Source: Eledone cirrhosa (Eukaryota). Taken from it: a DNA stretch of 64,000 bases. A program made the position numbers and the translations under genes. Location of the stretch: contig OZ024742.1 of the NCBI GenBank assembly GCA_964016885.1, positions 372,310,001 to 372,374,000 on the forward strand, given 5' to 3'. Below are positions 1 through 13,700 of the stretch, in pieces. Positions within the stretch are counted from its first letter, which is position 1; the number at the start of each line of letters is the position of its first letter. The notes beneath the pieces are model-generated. The model was not told the origin of the DNA. It made no database searches and saw only the letters and a program-made list of their open reading frames with translations.

Positions 1-552
1 GCGGCTAATAGTGGTATAAGCTCTCTGAACTTTTTCCATCCAGTTCTGACTCTAGCTACTGTACTTTCAGAGCACCCCCCCCCCCCACTGCTGATTTTGT
101 CACCCAGATAACGGAAGCTGTCCACTATTTCTATAGAACCCTCTGCGCAGTTGAAGGAGCTAGTATTTTGTGGGCACTTGCTGCTACTTATTGCACCAGA
201 GCACTGGCCACATGTAAAATCTATGTTCTTAGTTAGCTTACCTGTGATCCCACTACATCTTTTATGCACCCATACTTTGCATTTGGGACATAAAATGGAG
301 TTTCTACCTACGCCTTTCCTACACACTGAGCATGGCCATTTCCCGGAAGGGACCGCCGCCTTATTTTCTTTCCTACAAACTAGAACTTTAGTCTTAGCCA
401 GGTTAATTTTAAGGCCTTTTGAATCTAGGTCGTGCTTCCATGTTTGGAATTTCTTCTCTAGTTCGGTCATTGATTCAGCTATGAGCGTTAGATCATCTGC
501 GTATAGGAGTTCCCATGGGCAGCCGGTCTTGAACTCCTCTGTTATAGCCTGA
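1..552 (-). mobile_element. RTE-clade LINE fragment (RT C-terminal part with PHD-like insert), cut by window edge
   Basis: Reverse complement closely matches 37520-38070 of the + strand RTE copy (CPWELLYADD, KWPCSVCRKGVG). Confidence 0.9.
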
Positions 553-553
553 A

Positions 554-893
554 ATGTATATATATTTCTGTGTGTATATATATATATTACACACACAGAA
601 ATGTATATATATTTCTGTGTGTGTATATATATATTTCTGTGTGTGTATATATATATATTACACACACAGAAATGTATATATATTTCTGTGTGTGTATATA
701 TATATTTCTGTGTGTATATATATATATTACACACAGAAATGTATATATATTTCTGTGTGTGTATATATATATTTCTGTGTGTATATATATATATTACACA
801 CACAGAAATGTATATATATTTCTGTGTGTGTATATATATATTTCTGTGTGTGTATATATATATATTACACACACAGAAATGTATATATATTTC
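554..893. repeat. ~70-bp self-complementary minisatellite, ~5 copies
   Basis: CAGAAATG recurs at 596, 667, 734, 803, 874. TTTCTGTGTGT and ACACACAGAAA are complementary within each unit. Confidence 0.85.
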
Positions 894-1012
894 TTAGAAC
901 AAAATTATTATTAATGTTTTGCTGTTCATAACAATTGGAATTGAAAAATTACTTTTGAAATTATTAGTTATTTTACTAATGCTTAGATATGTAAAAATGA
1001 AGCAATGTTTCT

Positions 1013-1203
1013 AATAATTGTTTCTACTTTTGGCACAAGGCCAGCAATTACCCAGTACATTACTGGTACTTTATTTTATCGACCCCGTGAGGATGAAAGG
1101 CAAAGTTAACCTCGGCGGTATTTGAACTCAGACCGTAAAGGGACGTAACTCCATGCTATGAAGCATGGTGTCCGACTCTACAGATTCTGCCAATCCACCG
1201 CCC
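1013..1203 (-). mobile_element. tRNA-derived SINE, family 1
   Basis: Reverse complement has A-box-like TGGCAGAATC, B-box GAGTTCAAAT and body GTTAACTTTGCCTTTCATCC...GATAAAATAAAGTACCAGT, repeated many times in the window. Confidence 0.8.
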
Positions 1204-1884
1204 TAATGTATGTACGTAATGAGGGAGTGAGAGGGGAGAGAAAGAAAGGCAGAGGTGAAGTGACAAAGTGACTCTCTCCTCCTCCTCCATCTCCCCATTC
1301 GTCACAGCGATAGAGGGGAGGAATGTTAGTGTGTTACAAAGAGAAAGAGTGAGAGTGAGAGAAACAGACAGACTAAAAGAGAGGGATAGCTGGAGAGAGA
1401 GATAGCAACCACGCGCGCACGTGTTTCCACTGTCGGACAGACAGACAGAGAAATTGCTGGTTATATATATTATAAGGAGATAGATAAATTTCTTTATTAG
1501 CCACAAGGGCACAAAAGAAGGGGACAAATACAAATGGGGAGTTTACATACAGGTATATGAAAATAAAACTATTAATAAAATAACAAATAACAATTGAAAT
1601 CCCCAATAGGAGGGAGGCGTTACACAGGGGTTGTACACACCCCGAAAAAATGTACAACCCTCATCTCCAGCAGCACCAAGAGTGAGTACTCCCTTCCTCT
1701 CTTCCTCTTTTTCCTCAATCTACAGGCTTATATAGAGAGAAGGCCCAACCACTCGGGCCATCTTTGCTACATTCACCCACCTTTTATAACATTTGCTGGG
1801 GTACAGCACCTCTCTCTCCACTCTGATTCTTCTTCCAAAATGATATTTGAATAGATATCTAGAAATAGGTTTGTTAATTCAAAC

Positions 1885-2260
1885 ATCATCATCGTTTATA
1901 TGTCCGGTTTTTTTCCACACTTGCATGGGCTGGATGGGTCCTCAGCGCAGCATCTCTCCACCCATTGCCTTCCTTCATCATCTCTGTGAGTCTCAGTGAT
2001 TTGAGGTCAGCTCTCACAACCTCTGCCCAGGTCTTCCTTGGTCTACCTCTACTCAGACTTCCATTCACTGGGATTTCCTGGAATATCTTCACCCAACAAT
2101 TATCATCCATGTACATCACATGTCCATACCAATGCAGTCCTTTCTCCTGCACACCACCTCGGGTTCCTCTTAAACCCAGCTTCTCCCTCAACTCATTCAA
2201 GTTCTGCTTTTTTCTCACACTTGAATTGCACATCCAACAAAGCATGGTTGTTTCATTTCT
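1885..2260 (-). mobile_element. RTE LINE 3' fragment (old)
   Basis: ORF 1889-2245 (WMCN...LHWYGHVM...RGRPRKTW) followed by an (ATG)n tail. Confidence 0.85.
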
Positions 2261-2339
2261 CGTCTACAGTATCTTTACTAGTGGACAAATATTTGTGAAA
2301 ATTTGCTGTAAACTAAAAAAATAAAATTATCTTTTATAG

Positions 2340-2446
2340 GCATATTATTAAAACCATAATGGAAAACAAATTCCGCAAATTAGCTTTTGATGTGAAAGAA
2401 TTATCTAAGATAATATTACAGTATAACTTGGCCTCAGGTTCAAAAG
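2340..2446 (+). CDS. POLN: DNA polymerase nu-like, internal exon A (HIIKTIMENKFRKLAFDVKELSKIILQYNLASGSK)
   Basis: ttttatag acceptor and AG|gtac donor. Open frame; the phase-1 end matches the next exon. Confidence 0.7.
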
Positions 2447-3310
2447 GTACTCTTTATTTTCTAAAATTATTATATTATACAACTGTTAATTTAAGAAGCA
2501 GGTGGCGGGGAGGGCATTGAAATGCTGGAATCCAAACGTAAATTACAATAATGGTTTCTGATTTAGGCTCAAGGCCAACAATTTTAGGGGAGTGGAAAGT
2601 CAATTGAATTGACCCCAGTGCATTACTGTGCCATATTAAATCATCATCATCATCGTCATTTTTACATCCATTTTTTCACGCTTACATGTGTCGAATGGGT
2701 CCTTTTTAGCGCAGCATCTATCCACTTGTCGCGTTCATTCGTCATGTCCTTTGTGAGTTTCAGCAGTTTGAGGTCATCTCTCACCATTTCCTCCCACCAT
2801 CATCATCATTTAACATCTGTTGATCAAGTTAATACTCAAGTAAAACTACTGGCCATTTAAATGGGCTAGGGGCCTACATCTCATTTACATACATTCCCAC
2901 TCTCTACTGAGTGTATTTCCTCATGGCACCAGCTCCAGGGAGGTTGTTATGTCTTTGAAACAACTGAAGAGTCCTTTAAATCCTTTGTTTGTCAGGTTTT
3001 CTATAGCTAGATACCCTTCCTATCACCAACCACTTGACAGAGTGTATTTATTGTGTAGTTTACCAAAACTAGGGAAATTGTCATGTCTTTGACACAACTG
3101 AAGAGTTCTCCTGACACTTTGTTTTGTCAGGTTTTCTAAGGCTGGATGCCCTTGATAATACAAACCACTTTACAGAGTGTACTGGGTGCATACATCATGT
3201 AGATCACCAACACTAATGAAGCTGTTATGTCTTTCACACAACTTTATCCCAATTTCTTTCTGTATAAAACTTTTCTCCAAAATAGAAACTTGACACAACT
3301 GAAAAGTCCT

Positions 3311-3536
3311 TTAACCCTTTGCGATTTACATTACTCTATATTTACTATTGAATTTTCACAGTAAAGGCTTTACCCTCATATAATTATCTCACAAAATATT
3401 GAATCTATTAGATGTTGATATTATTTTGAGAACAATACCTTAACGTCAGTATGAGTGGACAGTTACAGCCAGTTTGAACAGAAAGAGGTCAGAGAATTCT
3501 GGCCAAATACAGACGGTTTAAATGCTAAAAAGTTAA
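3311..3536. mobile_element. TTAA-flanked MITE (piggyBac-like)
   Basis: TTAACCCTTT...AAAAGTTAA ends. Homologous copies at 4550-4728 and 33044-33215. Confidence 0.65.
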
Positions 3537-4238
3537 CTCTTTAGTGAAAAATGATATTTTGTCCATCTAATTATTGATTAGATTTTAGTAATTAGTTCAA
3601 TATTTAGTAATAGCTAATGTGGACATAGAATGGCTGGATGGTTAAGTTGTCTGCTTTGAAATCTTTAATTCTCCGGTTCAATTCCACTGTGTGGCATCTT
3701 AGACAATTGTTATTTACTGTAGTTTAATGTTGACACATGCCTTGTCAGTGAAACTGGGTAGACAGAAACTATTTGGAAGCCTGTGGAATGGACTGTACAC
3801 GTAATTCAAATAGCCAACTTTGCCACACACTCTTTCTTGCTGAATCTTCCTGAGAATTACTGTATATACTCGAATATCAGCCAAGAAATATGATTAAAAA
3901 GTTGATGGTAAAATGAGAGTTAGATTATATATGCCATTTAAATAATGTGTTGATTAATTTTTAACTACTTCGGCTTATAAACGGGGTTTAGATTTTCACC
4001 TATTTCTCAGTCATAGAATGGGGGGGGGGGGGGGGGGGACTTATATTAGACATTAATTTCATGAGTAGGCTGTTCCATTGATCAAATGATCAAACAACTG
4101 GAACACTCATTGTCGAAACCAACAGAAGTTAATTCCAATAATAGCTTTAGCTTTTATTTTGTAGTTAAAAATACTTTTCTATGGTTTTTGAAATATTTAA
4201 ATTGTATTTGTAGTAATTTAGTCTACTTCTCCTTTCAG

Positions 4239-4357
4239 CTACTTCTAAGTGGAAAGTAATGGATATTAAAGTGGCAGCATGGCTGTTACAGTCAGATAAC
4301 CCACCAACTGAATTTAAAGAAATATTACAATTTGTGGGACTGAAAACAGAAGTTGAT
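4239..4357 (+). CDS. POLN: DNA polymerase nu-like exon B (ATSKWKVMDIKVAAWLLQSDNPPTEFKEILQFVGLKTEVD)
   Basis: cctttcag acceptor, gtgagt donor. The D-x-x-(V/I)-A-A-W-L motif is typical of the degenerate exonuclease domain of POLN/POLQ. Confidence 0.85.
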
Positions 4358-4369
4358 GTGAGTTTATCT

Positions 4370-4548
4370 AACCCTTTAGCATTCACATTACGCCATGCTT
4401 TGACGCATAGAGTTACGGCCCTTGCCATTCTGAGTTCAAATCCCGCCGAGGTTAACTTTGCCCTTCATCCTTACGGGGTCGATAAAATAAAGTACCAGTA
4501 ATACACTGGGTATTTGCTGGCCTTGTGCCAAAAGTAGAAACAATTATT
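4370..4548 (+). mobile_element. SINE family 1 copy
   Basis: GAGTTCAAATCCCGCCGAGGTTAACTTTGCC...CAAAAGTAGAAACAATT. Confidence 0.8.
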
Positions 4549-4756
4549 TTATATATACTATTATATTTTCATCGTAAAGGCTTTACCTCACATAATATCA
4601 AATCTATGAGATTTTGAAAGTATTTATTTTGAGAACAATACCTTAACATCAGTTTGAGCGACCAGTTACAGCCAGTTTCAACAGAATGAAGTAGAGAATT
4701 CTGGCCGGTTTGAACACTAAGGGGTTAAACAAAACTTATAAGATATATGTCTTCTG

Positions 4757-5036
4757 ATTCAACTGTGTATATGTGTAGACTCAGCTGTGTATATGTGTAG
4801 ACTCAGGTGTGTATATGTGTAGACTCAGCTGTGTATATGTGTAGACTCGGCTGTGTATATGTGTAGACTTAGCTGTGTATATGTGTAGACTCAACTGTGT
4901 ATATGTGTAGACTCAGCTGTGTATATGTGTAGACTCAGCTGTGTATATGTGTAGACTCGGCTGTGTATATGTGTAGACTCAGCTGTGTATATGTGTAGAC
5001 TCAGCTGTGTATATACATAGACTGTGTATATGTGTA
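4757..5036. repeat. 22-bp minisatellite (GACTCAGCTGTGTATATGTGTA), ~12 copies
   Basis: Direct tandem repetition. Confidence 0.95.
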
Positions 5037-5285
5037 GTACCAGCAATTTCTGGAGATTTAACCTTGTGATGGACTGATGTCCTGTCCAGTGGGGAGTCTT
5101 GTAGTCTGAGTCACTTCACACCCTGAAACCAGGCAAGCACTGGTCTAACAGGCTCCCTGGCTTCAGGCAGACTTTAGTTTTAGACTTTTTAATTGAATTT
5201 TTTTTCAATTTTTTGATATTTGTACATTATTCTATGTACTACGCATGCACCTTTGATGAGTTGTAGTGCACCGTACACAATAATT

Positions 5286-5455
5286 AGAGGGTCGGACACC
5301 ATGCTTTGTAGCATAGAGTTACGCTCCTTTACGATCTGAGTTCAAATCTCGCCGGGGTTAACTTTGCCTTTCATCCTTACGGGATCGATAAAATAAAGTA
5401 CCAGTAATACACTGGGATAATTGTTGGCCTTGTGCCAAAAGTAGAAACAATTATA
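5286..5455 (+). mobile_element. SINE family 1 copy, preceded by a short CR1 3'-tail remnant (5222-5285)
   Basis: Same body as the other family 1 copies. Confidence 0.75.
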
Positions 5456-5519
5456 TTATTATTTAAATGTGTATTCTACCTTTTCTTGTAATTCTAAACT
5501 TCTCTTTTTTAATATCTAG

Positions 5520-5732
5520 AACCTTCCTCCTAATAACATTGATCTGTTAAAAAGAAATCTAAGCCTTGTGTCCAAAGCCATGTTCCAATTATTTGGAATG
5601 TTGAAAAGAACAGAAATTTGGAGGTTATTCTTCTACGTAGAGATGTACCTTCCTCCATTACTGGCTGAAATGGAATTAAATAAAGTTAAAATTGATGTTA
5701 ATTTGTTGATTAGATTCTCTGGAATTTTACAG
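5520..5732 (+). CDS. POLN: DNA polymerase nu-like exon C (NLPPNNIDLLKRNL...LFFYVEMYLPPLLAEMELNKVKIDVNLLIRFSGILQ)
   Basis: Polypyrimidine-tag acceptor, CAG|gtaact donor, 213 nt, phase 0/0. The LF-x2-VEM-x-L-x3-LA-x-ME motif of family A polymerases is present. Confidence 0.9.
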
Positions 5733-5734
5733 GT

Positions 5735-5797
5735 AACTACTACTACTACTACTACTACTAACTACTACTACTAACACTACCACTACTCCTGCTTCTG

Positions 5798-5830
<33 letters not shown>

Positions 5831-5875
5831 ACACTACTACTACTACTGCTACTAACACTACTACTACTACTACTG

Positions 5876-5929
<54 letters not shown>

Positions 5930-6020
5930 ACACCAATACTACTAACACTACTACTACTACTGCTGCTGCTACTACTACTACTACTACTGTTGCTGCTCCT
6001 GCTACTACTACTTCTTCACC

Positions 6021-6050
<30 letters not shown>
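5735..6050. repeat. (ACT)n then (CAC)n(CAT)n microsatellite
   Basis: Direct. Confidence 0.95.
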
Positions 6051-6051
<1 letters not shown>

Positions 6052-6356
6052 ATCTACTTCCACTCTCCATGTTGACATGGGTTGGACAGTTTATTATTGT
6101 CTAAGACAAGATTGTTTGGATATCATGCCTTTCTTATACATTCCATACTTCTGTATAAGTTTTATTACTGGATACCCTTCCTAATGCCAACCAGTGTACA
6201 GAGTGTACTGGGTGTACTGAATGTACAGAGTGTACTGGGTGCGTTTTATCATAGCTCAGCACATGAGAGGTTGTTATGTTCTCAGCAAGCCTAAAGAGTT
6301 CTCTTTACCTTATGTTGTTTCAGTTTACTTGTCAACCATTTTACAGGTGGTATTGA

Positions 6357-7461
6357 ATGTTGTCATGGCGACAACAGTAGAGAGGTTTAGAACCTATCTC
6401 AGGTATGTTGTCATGGTGACAACAGTAGAGAGGTTTAGAACCTATCTCAGGTATGTTGTCATGGTGACAACAGTAGAGAGGTTTAGAACCTATCTCAGGT
6501 ATGTTGTCATGGTGACAACAGTAGAGAGGTTTAGAACCTATCTCAGGTATGTTGTCATGGTGACAACAGTAGAGAGGTTTAGAACCTATCTCAGGTATGT
6601 TGTCATGGTGACAACAGTAGAGAAGTTTAGAACCTATCTCAGGTATGTTGTCATGGTGACAACAGTAGAGAGGTTTAGAACCTATCTCAGGTATGTTGTC
6701 ATGGTGACAACAGTAGAGAGGTTTAGAACCTATCTCAGGTATGTTGTCATGGTGACAACAGTAGAGAGGTTTAGAACCTATCTCAGGTATGTTGTCATGG
6801 TGACAACAGTAGAGAAGTTTAGAACCTATCTCAGGTATGTTGTCATGGTGACAACAGTAGAGAGGTTTAGAACCTATCTCAGGTATGTTGTCATGGTGAC
6901 AACAGTAGAGAGGTTTAGAACCTATCTCAGGTATGTTGTCATGGTGACAACAGTAGAGAGGTTTAGAACCTATCTCAGGTATGTTGTCATGGTGACAACA
7001 GTAGAGAGGTTTAGAACCTATCTCAGGTATGTTGTCATGGTGACAACAGTAGAGAGGTTTAGAACCTATCTCAGGTATGTTGTCATGGTGACAACAGTAG
7101 AGAGGTTTAGAACCTATCTCAGGTATGTTGTCATGGTGACAACAGTAGAGAAGTTTAGAACCTATCTCAGGTATGTTGTCATGGTGACAACAGTAGAGAG
7201 GTTTAGAACCTATCTCAGGTATGTTGTCATGGTGACAACAGTAGAGAGGTTTAGAACCTATCTCAGGTATGTTGTCATGGTGACAACAGTAGAGAGGTTT
7301 AGAACCTATCTCAGGTATGTTGTCATGGTGACAACAGTAGAGAGGTTTAGAACCTATCTCAGGTATGTTGTCATGGTGACAACAGTAGAGAGGTTTAGAA
7401 CCTATCTCAGGTATGTTGTCATGGTGACAACAGTAGAGAGGTTTAGAACCTATCTCAGGTA
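6357..7461. repeat. 48-bp minisatellite, ~23 near-identical copies, each with two hairpins
   Basis: Unit CAGGTATGTTGTCATGGTGACAACAGTAGAGAGGTTTAGAACCTATCT. Confidence 0.97.
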
Positions 7462-7638
7462 CTAAACCTTACAAAGGAAGGCATCAAGTAGCGGCAGTCT
7501 GTGCTGAGGACCCATGAAACCCATCCAACACATCCAAACCTCTTCAAAAGAAAATGTGAAACAATAATGATGCTGATGATGTTGGTTAGCTATTTTCTCA
7601 TATATTATCACATTCCAATTTCTATTTTATTTATTCAG

Positions 7639-7722
7639 AAAAAATTAGAAAAACTAGAGAAAAGAGCACATGAAGTAGTGGGTCATCAGTTCTGTTTAAA
7701 CAGCCCGTGTCAGTTAAGAGAG
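7639..7722 (+). CDS. POLN: DNA polymerase nu-like exon D (KKLEKLEKRAHEVVGHQFCLNSPCQLRE)
   Basis: ttattcag acceptor, GAG|gtata donor, 84 nt. Thumb motif G-x2-F-x-L-N-S-P-x-Q-L. Confidence 0.9.
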
Positions 7723-7772
7723 GTATAAAGATCATTTTCTTTTAATATCATATTTCAATAACTTTGTTATTT

Positions 7773-10700
7773 AGGGTGTATATATAGAGTATAGAGTGTA
7801 TATATTGAGTATACAGGGTGTATATATAGAGTATAGAGTGTATATATTCAGTATATAGGGTGTATATATAGAGTATAGACTGTATATATTGAGTATACAG
7901 GATGTATATATAGAGTATAGATTGTATATATTGAGTACACAGGGTGTATATATAGAGTATAGAGTGTATATATTGAGTACACAGGGTGTGTATATATAGA
8001 GTATAGAGTGTAGATATTGAGTACACATGGTGTATATATAGAGTATAGAGTGTATATATTGAGTATATAGGGTGTATATATATAGTATAGACTGTATATA
8101 TTGAGTATACAGGGTGTATATATAGAGTATAGAGTGTATGTATTGAGTATACAGGGTGTATATATAGAGCATAGAGTGTATATATTGAGTATACAGGGTG
8201 TATATATAGAGTATAGAGTGTAGATATTGAGTATATAGGGTGTATATATAGAGTATAGAGTGTATATATTGAGTATATAGGGTGTATATATATAGTATAG
8301 ACTGTATATATTGAGTATACAGGGTGTATATATAGAGTATAGAGTGTAGATATTGAGTATATAGGGTGTATATATAGAGTATAGAGTGTATATATTGAGT
8401 ACACAGGGTGTATATATAGAGTATAGAGTGTATATATTGAGTATACAGGGTGTATATATAGAGTATAGAGTGTATATATTGAGTATACAGGGTGTATATA
8501 TAGAGTATAGAGTGTATATATTGAGTACACAGGGTGTATATATAGAGTATAGAGTGTATATATTGAGTATTCAGGGTATATATAGAGAGTATAGAGTGTA
8601 TATATTGAGTATACAGGGTGTATATATAGAGTATAGAGTGTATATATTGAGTACACAAGGTGTATATATAGAGTATAGACTGTATATATTGAGTATACAG
8701 GGTGTATATAGAGAGAATAGAGTGTATATATTGAGTATATAGGGTCTATATATAGAGTATAGAGTGTATATATTGAGTATACAGGGTATATATAGAGAGT
8801 ATAGAGTGTATATATTGAGTACACAAGGTGTATATATAGAGTATAGACTGTATATATTGAGTACACAAGGTGTATATATAGAGTATAGAGTGTATATATT
8901 GAGTATACAGGGTGTATATATAAAGTATAGAGTGTATATATTGAGTATACAGGGTGTATATATAGAGTATAGAGTGTATATATTGAGTACACAGGGTGTG
9001 TATATATAGAGTATAGAGTGTATGTATTGAGTATACAGGGTGTATATAGAGAGCATAGAGTGTACATATTGAGTATACAGGGTGTATATATAGAGTATAG
9101 AGTGTATATATTGAGTATATAGGGTGTATATATAGAGTATAGAGTGTATATATTGAGTACACATGGTGTATATAGAGAGTATAGAGTGTATATATTGAGT
9201 ATACAGGGTGTATATATAGAGTATAGAGTGTATATATTGAGTATACAGGTTGTATATAGAGAGCATAGAGTGTATATATTGAGTATACAGGGTGTATATA
9301 TAGAGTATAGAGTGTATATATTGAGTATACAGGGTATATATATAGAGTATAGAGTGTATATATTGAGTATACAGGGTGTATATATAGAGTATAGAGTGTA
9401 GATATTGAGTATACAGGGTGTATATATAGAGTATAGAGTGTATATATTGAGTAAACAGGGTGTATATATACAGTATAGAGTGTATATATTGAGTATACAG
9501 GGTATATATATAGAGTATAGAGTGTATATATTGAGTATACAGGGTGTATATATAGAGTATAGAGTGTATATATTGAGTATACAGGGTGTATATATAGAGT
9601 ATAGAGTGTATATATTGAGTATACAGGGTATATATATAGAGTATAGAGTGTATATATTGAGTATACAGGGTGTATATATAGAGTATAGAGTGTAGATATT
9701 GAGTATACAGGGTGTATATATAGAGTATAGAGTGTATATATTGAGTAAACAGGGTGTATATATAGAGTATAGAGTGTATATATTGAGTACACAAGGTGTA
9801 TATATAGAGTATAGAGTGTATATATTGAGTATATAGGGTGTATATATAGAGTATAGAGTGTATATATTGAGTATACAGGGTGTATATATATAGAGTATAG
9901 AGTGTATATATTGAGTATATAGGGTGTATATATAGAGTATAGAGTGCATATATTGCGTATACCGGGTGTATATATAGAGTATAGAGTGTATATATTGAGT
10001 ATATAGGGTGTATATATAGAGTATAGAGTGTATATATTGAGTATATAGGGTGTATATATAGAGTATAGAGTGTATATATTGCGTATACAGGGTATATATA
10101 TAGAGTATAGAGTGTATATATTGAGTATACAGGGTATATATAGAGTATAGAGTGTATATATTGAGTATACAGGGTGTATATATAGAGTATAGAGTGTATA
10201 TGTTGAGTATACAGGATATATATAGAGTATAGAGTGTATATATTGAGTATATAGGGTGTATATATAGAGTATAGAGTGTATATATTGAGTATACAGGGTA
10301 TATATAGAGTATAGAGTGTATATATTAAGGATACAGGGTGTATATATAGAGTATAGATTGTATATATTGAGTATATAGGGTATATATAGAGTATAGAGTG
10401 TATATATTGAGTATACAGGGTGTATATAGAGAGTATAGAGTGTATATATTGAGTATATAGGGTGTGTATATAGAGTATAGAGTGTATATATTGAGTATAC
10501 AGGGTGTATATATAGAGTATAGAGTGTATATATTGAGTATATAGGGTGTATATATAGAGTATAGAGTGTATATATTGAGTATATAAGGTGTATATATAGA
10601 GTATAGAGTGTATATATTGAGTATACGGGGTGTATATATAGAGTATAGAGTGTATATATTGAGTATACAGGGTATATATATAGAGAGTATAGAGTGTGTA

Positions 10701-13700
10701 TATTGAGTATACCGGGTGTATATATAGAGTATAGAGTGTATATATTGAGTGTATAGGGTGTATATATAGAGTATAGACTGTATATATTGAGTACACAAGG
10801 TATATATATAGAGTATAGAGTGTATATATTGAGTACATAAGGTGTATATATAGAGTATAGAGTGTATATATTGAGTATATAGGGTGTATATATAGAGTAT
10901 AGAGTGTATATATTAAGGATACAGGGTGTATATATAGAGTATAGATTGTATATATTGAGTATATAGGGTATATATAGAGTATAGAGTGTATATATTGAGT
11001 ATACAGGGTGTATATAGAGAGTATAGAGTGTATATATTGAGTATATAGGGTGTGTATATAGAGTATAGAGTGTATATATTGAGTATACAGGGTGTATATA
11101 TAGAGTATAGAGTGTATATATTGAGTATATAGGGTGTATATATAGAGTATAGAGTGTATATATTGAGTATATAAGGTGTATATATAGAGTATAGAGTGTA
11201 TATATTGAGTATACGGGGTGTATATATAGAGTATAGAGTGTATATATTGAGTATACAGGGTATATATATAGAGAGTATAGAGTGTGTATATTGAGTATAC
11301 CGGGTGTATATATAGAGTATAGAGTGTATATATTGAGTGTATAGGGTGTATATATAGAGTATAGACTGTATATATTGAGTACACAAGGTATATATATAGA
11401 GTATAGAGTGTATATATTGAGTACATAAGGTGTATATATAGAGTATAGAGTGTATATATTGAGTATATAGGGTGTATATATAGAGTATAGAGTGTATATA
11501 TTGAGTATACAGTGTATATATATAGAGTATAGAGTGTATATATTAAGGATACAGGGTGTATATATAGAGTATAGAGTGTATATATTGAGTATATAGGGTG
11601 TGTATATAGAGTATAGAGTGTATATATTAAGTATACAGGGTGTATATATAGAGTATAGAGTGTAGATATTGAGTATACAGGGTGTATATATAGAGTATAG
11701 AGTGTATATATTGAGTACACAAGGTGTATATATAGAGTATAGAGTGTATATATTGAGTACATAAGGTGTATATATAGAGTATAGAGTGTATATATTGAGT
11801 ATATAGGGTGTATATATAGAGTATAGAGTGTATATATTGAGTATACAGGGTATATATATAGAGTATAGAGTGTATATATTAAGGATACAGGGTGTATATA
11901 TAGAGTATAGAGTGTATATATTGAGTATATAGGGTGTGTATATAGAGTATAGAGTGTATATATTGAGTATACAGGGTGTATATATAGAGTATAGAGTGTA
12001 TATATTGAGTATACAGGGTGTATATATAGAGTATAGAGTGTATATATTGAGTATATAGGGTGTATATATAGAGTATAGAGTGTATATATTGAGTATACAG
12101 CGTCTATATATAGAGTATAGAGTGTATATATTGAGTATACAGGGTGTATATATAGAGTATAGAGTGTATATATTGAGTATATAGGGTGTATATATAGAGT
12201 ATAGAGTGTATATATTGAGTATACAGCGTCTATATATAGAGTATAGAGTGTATATATTGAGTATACAGGGTGTATATATAGAGTATAGAGTGTATATATT
12301 GAGTATACAGCGTCTATATATAGAGTATAGAGTGTATATATTGAGTATACAGGGTGTATATATAGAGTATAGAGTGTATATATTGAGTATACAGGTTGTA
12401 TATAGAGAGCATAGAGTGTATATATTGAGTATACAGGGTGTATATATAGAGTATAGAGTGTATATATTGAGTATACAGGGTATATATATAGAGTATAGAG
12501 TGTATATATTGAGTATACAGGGTGTATATATAGAGTATAGAGTGTAGATATTGAGTATACAGGGTGTATATATAGAGTATAGAGTGTATATATTGAGTAA
12601 ACAGGGTGTATATATACAGTATAGAGTGTATATATTGAGTATACAGGGTATATATATAGAGTATAGAGTGTATATATTGAGTATACAGGGTGTATATATA
12701 GAGTATAGAGTGTATATATTGAGTATACAGGGTGTATATATAGAGTATAGAGTGTATATATTGAGTATACAGGGTATATATATAGAGTATAGAGTGTATA
12801 TATTGAGTATACAGGGTGTATATATAGAGTATAGAGTGTAGATATTGAGTATACAGGGTGTATATATAGAGTATAGAGTGTATATATTGAGTAAACAGGG
12901 TGTATATATAGAGTATAGAGTGTATATATTGAGTACACAAGGTGTATATATAGAGTATAGAGTGTATATATTGAGTATATAGGGTGTATATATAGAGTAT
13001 AGAGTGTATATATTGAGTATACAGGGTGTATATATATAGAGTATAGAGTGTATATATTGAGTATATAGGGTGTATATATAGAGTATAGAGTGCATATATT
13101 GCGTATACCGGGTGTATATATAGAGTATAGAGTGTATATATTGAGTATATAGGGTGTATATATAGAGTATAGAGTGTATATATTGAGTATATAGGGTGTA
13201 TATATAGAGTATAGAGTGTATATATTGCGTATACAGGGTATATATATAGAGTATAGAGTGTATATATTGAGTATACAGGGTATATATAGAGTATAGAGTG
13301 TATATATTGAGTATACAGGGTGTATATATAGAGTATAGAGTGTATATGTTGAGTATACAGGATATATATAGAGTATAGAGTGTATATATTGAGTATACAG
13401 GTTGTATATAGAGAGCATAGAGTGTATATATTGAGTATACAGGGTGTATATATAGAGTATAGAGTGTATATATTGAGTATACAGGGTATATATATAGAGT
13501 ATAGAGTGTATATATTGAGTATACAGGGTGTATATATAGAGTATAGAGTGTAGATATTGAGTATACAGGGTGTATATATAGAGTATAGAGTGTATATATT
13601 GAGTAAACAGGGTGTATATATACAGTATAGAGTGTATATATTGAGTATACAGGGTATATATATAGAGTATAGAGTGTATATATTGAGTATACAGGGTGTA

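Noticed and set aside
6221-7465. 414-aa repeat ORF, or a CRISPR-like palindromic array
   Set aside because: Head-to-tail identical 48-mers with no unique spacers, no cas genes, and a eukaryotic intron context.
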